Assembly (NCBI GenBank): GCA_038209745.1
Contig: JBBQXJ010000002.1
Span: 1-64,000 of the forward strand
From: Verrucomicrobiota bacterium
GTDB taxonomy: Bacteria > Verrucomicrobiota > Verrucomicrobiia > Limisphaerales > CANJSG01
DNA length: 64,000 nt
Direction of reading: 5' to 3'
Below the pieces are notes generated by a model. That model had not been told where the DNA came from. It made no database searches and was given only the letters and a program-made list of their open reading frames with translations. Of the stretch, positions 61,594 through 64,000 are shown in pieces (within the stretch, counting starts at the first letter, position 1; the number at the start of each line of letters is the position of its first letter). The position numbers and the translations under genes are program-made.

Positions 61594-62478
61594 ATGGCCG
61601 ACATCGCTACCGTCCAATCCATGGACACCCATCAAGATCGAACAGTCTGGGTCACCGGTGCCGCCGGGTTGATCGGAGGCGAGCTGGTGAAGACCGCACC
61701 GGCGGGTATCCGGGTCGTGGCGCTCACCCGGCACGAGGTCGATCTGACCGACTCCGAGTCCGTCCGGGCGGCTATGCTCCGGGATCGTCCCTCCTTGATC
61801 CTCCATTCCGCAGCGCTTTCCAAGCCGTCCGATTGCCAGAGCGATCCGGCGTTGGCCCGCCGGGTCAACGTGGAGGCCACGCGGCGGTTGTGCGCTTTGG
61901 CGGGCGATGCTCCGGTATGGTTTCTCTCCACTGATCTCGTTTTCGACGGAAGGAAAGGCGGTTACTCGGAAGAAGATCCAGTGAGCCCGGTCAACCTCTA
62001 TGGCGACACCAAGGTGGAGGCCGAAGACGCCGTCCTCCAAAACCCGCGCAACGCCGTTTTCCGGCTTTCTATGAACGGCGGCGTGTCGGCCCGCGGCGAC
62101 CGGGGCTTCAACGAGGAGTTTCGCCTGTCGCTGGATCAAGGCCGGCCGTTGAGCCTCTTCAAGGACGAGTTTCGCTGTCCCATCGCCGCGTCCTGGACGG
62201 CGCGAACGCTCTGGAGCCTGGTCGGCTTGCCGGACGTGGGCGGCATTTTCCATCTGTGTGGCGGACAAAAACTGTCGCGGTTCGAGATCGGCCAGATCCT
62301 CGTTCGTCGCTGGGGCCGCGACGAATCCCAGCTGGTCGCGGGGTCGGTCCACGGCTACCAGGGCCCGCCGCGTTCACCGGACACTTCGATGATCACAGCC
62401 AAGCTGGAGGCGCTGATGGGCATCCGTTTTCCTGGCCTCAGGGAATGGCTGGATCAAAACCCGGGCGTGTCCTTCTGA
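61594..62478 (+). CDS. RmlD-like extended SDR (dTDP-4-dehydrorhamnose reductase family)
   Basis: TGAAGLIG, STDLVFDG, YGDTK; start 61594 or 61621. Confidence 0.85.
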   Translation: MADIATVQSMDTHQDRTVWVTGAAGLIGGELVKTAPAGIRVVALTRHEVDLTDSESVRAAMLRDRPSLILHSAALSKPSDCQSDPALARRVNVEATRRLCALAGDAPVWFLSTDLVFDGRKGGYSEEDPVSPVNLYGDTKVEAEDAVLQNPRNAVFRLSMNGGVSARGDRGFNEEFRLSLDQGRPLSLFKDEFRCPIAASWTARTLWSLVGLPDVGGIFHLCGGQKLSRFEIGQILVRRWGRDESQLVAGSVHGYQGPPRSPDTSMITAKLEALMGIRFPGLREWLDQNPGVSF

Positions 62479-62492
62479 GCCCGGTCGCGAAC

Positions 62493-63347
62493 GTGCCGGT
62501 GGCAGCCAACAGCTACGTCGGACGAATCGCTCCGTCGCCGACAGGACTGCTCCACCTGGGCCACGCCCGCACGTTCCGCATCGCGGAGCAACGGGCCCTT
62601 GCGGTCGGGGGACGCTTGGTTCTGCGGATCGAGGATCTGGACGGGCCACGCTGCAAACCGGAGTTCGTCGCCGCCTGTCTGGAGGATCTGCGTTGGCTCG
62701 GGCTCGACTGGGACGAAGGTCCCGACGTGGGCGGCCCCCACGCGCCCTACGAACAGAGCCGCCGGATGGATCTCTACCGAGAGCCGTTCGAGCGGCTTCG
62801 TCGGAGCGGTTGCCTCTATCCCTGCAACTGCTCGCGCAAGGACATCGTGGCCGCCCTCTCGGCGCCGCACGAAAGCGACGAGGAACCGGTCTACCCTGGC
62901 ACGTGCCGGAACCGCGCCGTCACAGCGGGGGAGAGGGTGTCCTGGCGTTTCCGCGTTCCCGACGGTGAGGCGGTCACGTTCATCGACGGGAACCTCGGCC
63001 CCCGCAGCTTCGTGGCCGGACGCGACTTCGGCGACTTCCTCGTCTGGCGGCACGACGGCATTCCCAGCTACCAACTCGCGGTGGTGACCGACGACGCGCT
63101 CATGGGCGTGACCGAAGTCGTGCGTGGCGAAGACCTGCTCGTTTCGACCGCGCGCCAGTTGCTGCTCTATCGGGCGCTCGGCTGGAGTCCTCCCGCGTTT
63201 TATCACTGCGAATTGATGCGGGACGAAGACGGCATCCGTCTGGCCAAGCGCCACGCGTCGCTCAGCCTGCGCGCCCTGCGGGAGCAGGGCGCGACACCGG
63301 CTGAATTGCTCGCGCGATTTCAGACGAAGCTTGAGGGCCCGCAGTGA
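62493..63347 (+). CDS. gluQ: Glutamyl-queuosine tRNA(Asp) synthetase
   Basis: RIAPSPTGLLHLGH, YPCNCSRK, YQLAVV, RGEDL, LAKR; no anticodon-binding domain; start approximate. Confidence 0.85.
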   Translation: MPVAANSYVGRIAPSPTGLLHLGHARTFRIAEQRALAVGGRLVLRIEDLDGPRCKPEFVAACLEDLRWLGLDWDEGPDVGGPHAPYEQSRRMDLYREPFERLRRSGCLYPCNCSRKDIVAALSAPHESDEEPVYPGTCRNRAVTAGERVSWRFRVPDGEAVTFIDGNLGPRSFVAGRDFGDFLVWRHDGIPSYQLAVVTDDALMGVTEVVRGEDLLVSTARQLLLYRALGWSPPAFYHCELMRDEDGIRLAKRHASLSLRALREQGATPAELLARFQTKLEGPQ

Positions 63348-63349
63348 AC

Positions 63350-63917
63350 ACCGGCATGTGTCGCCGCGTTTGAGGCGCTGGTTGCCATCGGCGTCTTCGA
63401 CCGCGCGATGCTCGACTGATGGGACGATGGCGCGGACCACGAACCGCGAACTGCGGGCCAAAGCCGTTCGGCCCACCCTCGGCGAAGACGCTTTGATCTC
63501 GGCCAACGCCAATGATCGCCGGACCCAAAAAACCGCTCCGCTGCTAAACGGCTCCTTCATGGAATGCTGGCGCAGCATGGCGCCGGAAGAATGGAATCAA
63601 AGCGGCGAGACGCTCCGCTGGGCCGCAGCGTATCTCCCTCGCCCGCGCGTCGACTGCGTGGAGACCTGGTTCCACAAATCCCGCGCCGACCCAATCCGCT
63701 TGGGCTCCGCCAAGACGGCGGCGTTGACCAGTCCGACGGCGGCTGGCGGCGTCACTTCGAGAACCGCCTCGTGGTCTACATTCCCCCCGGGAAGTCGCCG
63801 GTCTTCGTTCAGACGGCGCTCGACTTCTGGAGTCTCGGACGAGGCAAGGTATCGTCTTCCCATTTTGTTGTTACCGGCGATGGGGACATTTTGCCGAAAT
63901 CCGGCCTAGAGAAGTGA
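63350..63917 (+). pseudogene. Decayed fragment of a putative glycoside hydrolase-like gene
   Basis: GVFDRAMLD*WD (TGA 63417) then frameshifted NANDRR..NGSFMEC..CVETW and WRRHFENRLVVY; no proper start. Confidence 0.4.
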
Positions 63918-64000
63918 GATTTGATCGCCAGTTCGAGGCCAGTCAGGGCAGGGGACTTGGCTCAGGCTGACGGCTGGGCGTCGTCATGGAATTTCCCGAG

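Noticed and set aside
61540..62352. N-terminal extension of the 509-aa PEP-CTERM ORF
   Set aside because: Antisense to the RmlD-like gene; signal peptide starts at 61539
62493..63347. gltX
   Set aside because: Too short, no anticodon-binding domain; fits gluQ

Overview
High-GC bacterial DNA, most consistent with a Verrucomicrobiota (Limisphaerales/Pedosphaera-like) genome: LTD/CotH surface protein, DUF1592/DUF1552 pair, PEP-CTERM protein. In order: two secreted proteins sharing a C-terminal module (one a 2059-aa lamin-tail/CotH-kinase protein); a type III PKS-methyltransferase-flavoprotein cluster; a three-enzyme fusion (esterase + SGNH + lactonase); a sugar-catabolic operon containing a short MetE-family Zn enzyme; an LpxH-like/glycosyltransferase pair; a ~4.2-kb HPP-MarR-ClC-RAYT(pseudo) block with two copies of an operator palindrome, lying between a 5' fragment of recQ and a frameshifted recQ; a 119-bp MITE made of a REP doublet; APC permease; decayed gene remnants; rnhA; two divergent small proteins (one with a KTP repeat tail); a DUF2723/TPR-GT4-WecA glycosylation operon; ABC systems; an unannotated 33-aa bS22-like gene; hisG; a YqjD/E/K-like operon; gluQ. 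No rRNA, tRNA, CRISPR array or intact integrase seen. All family calls come from motif recognition by eye, not database searches.
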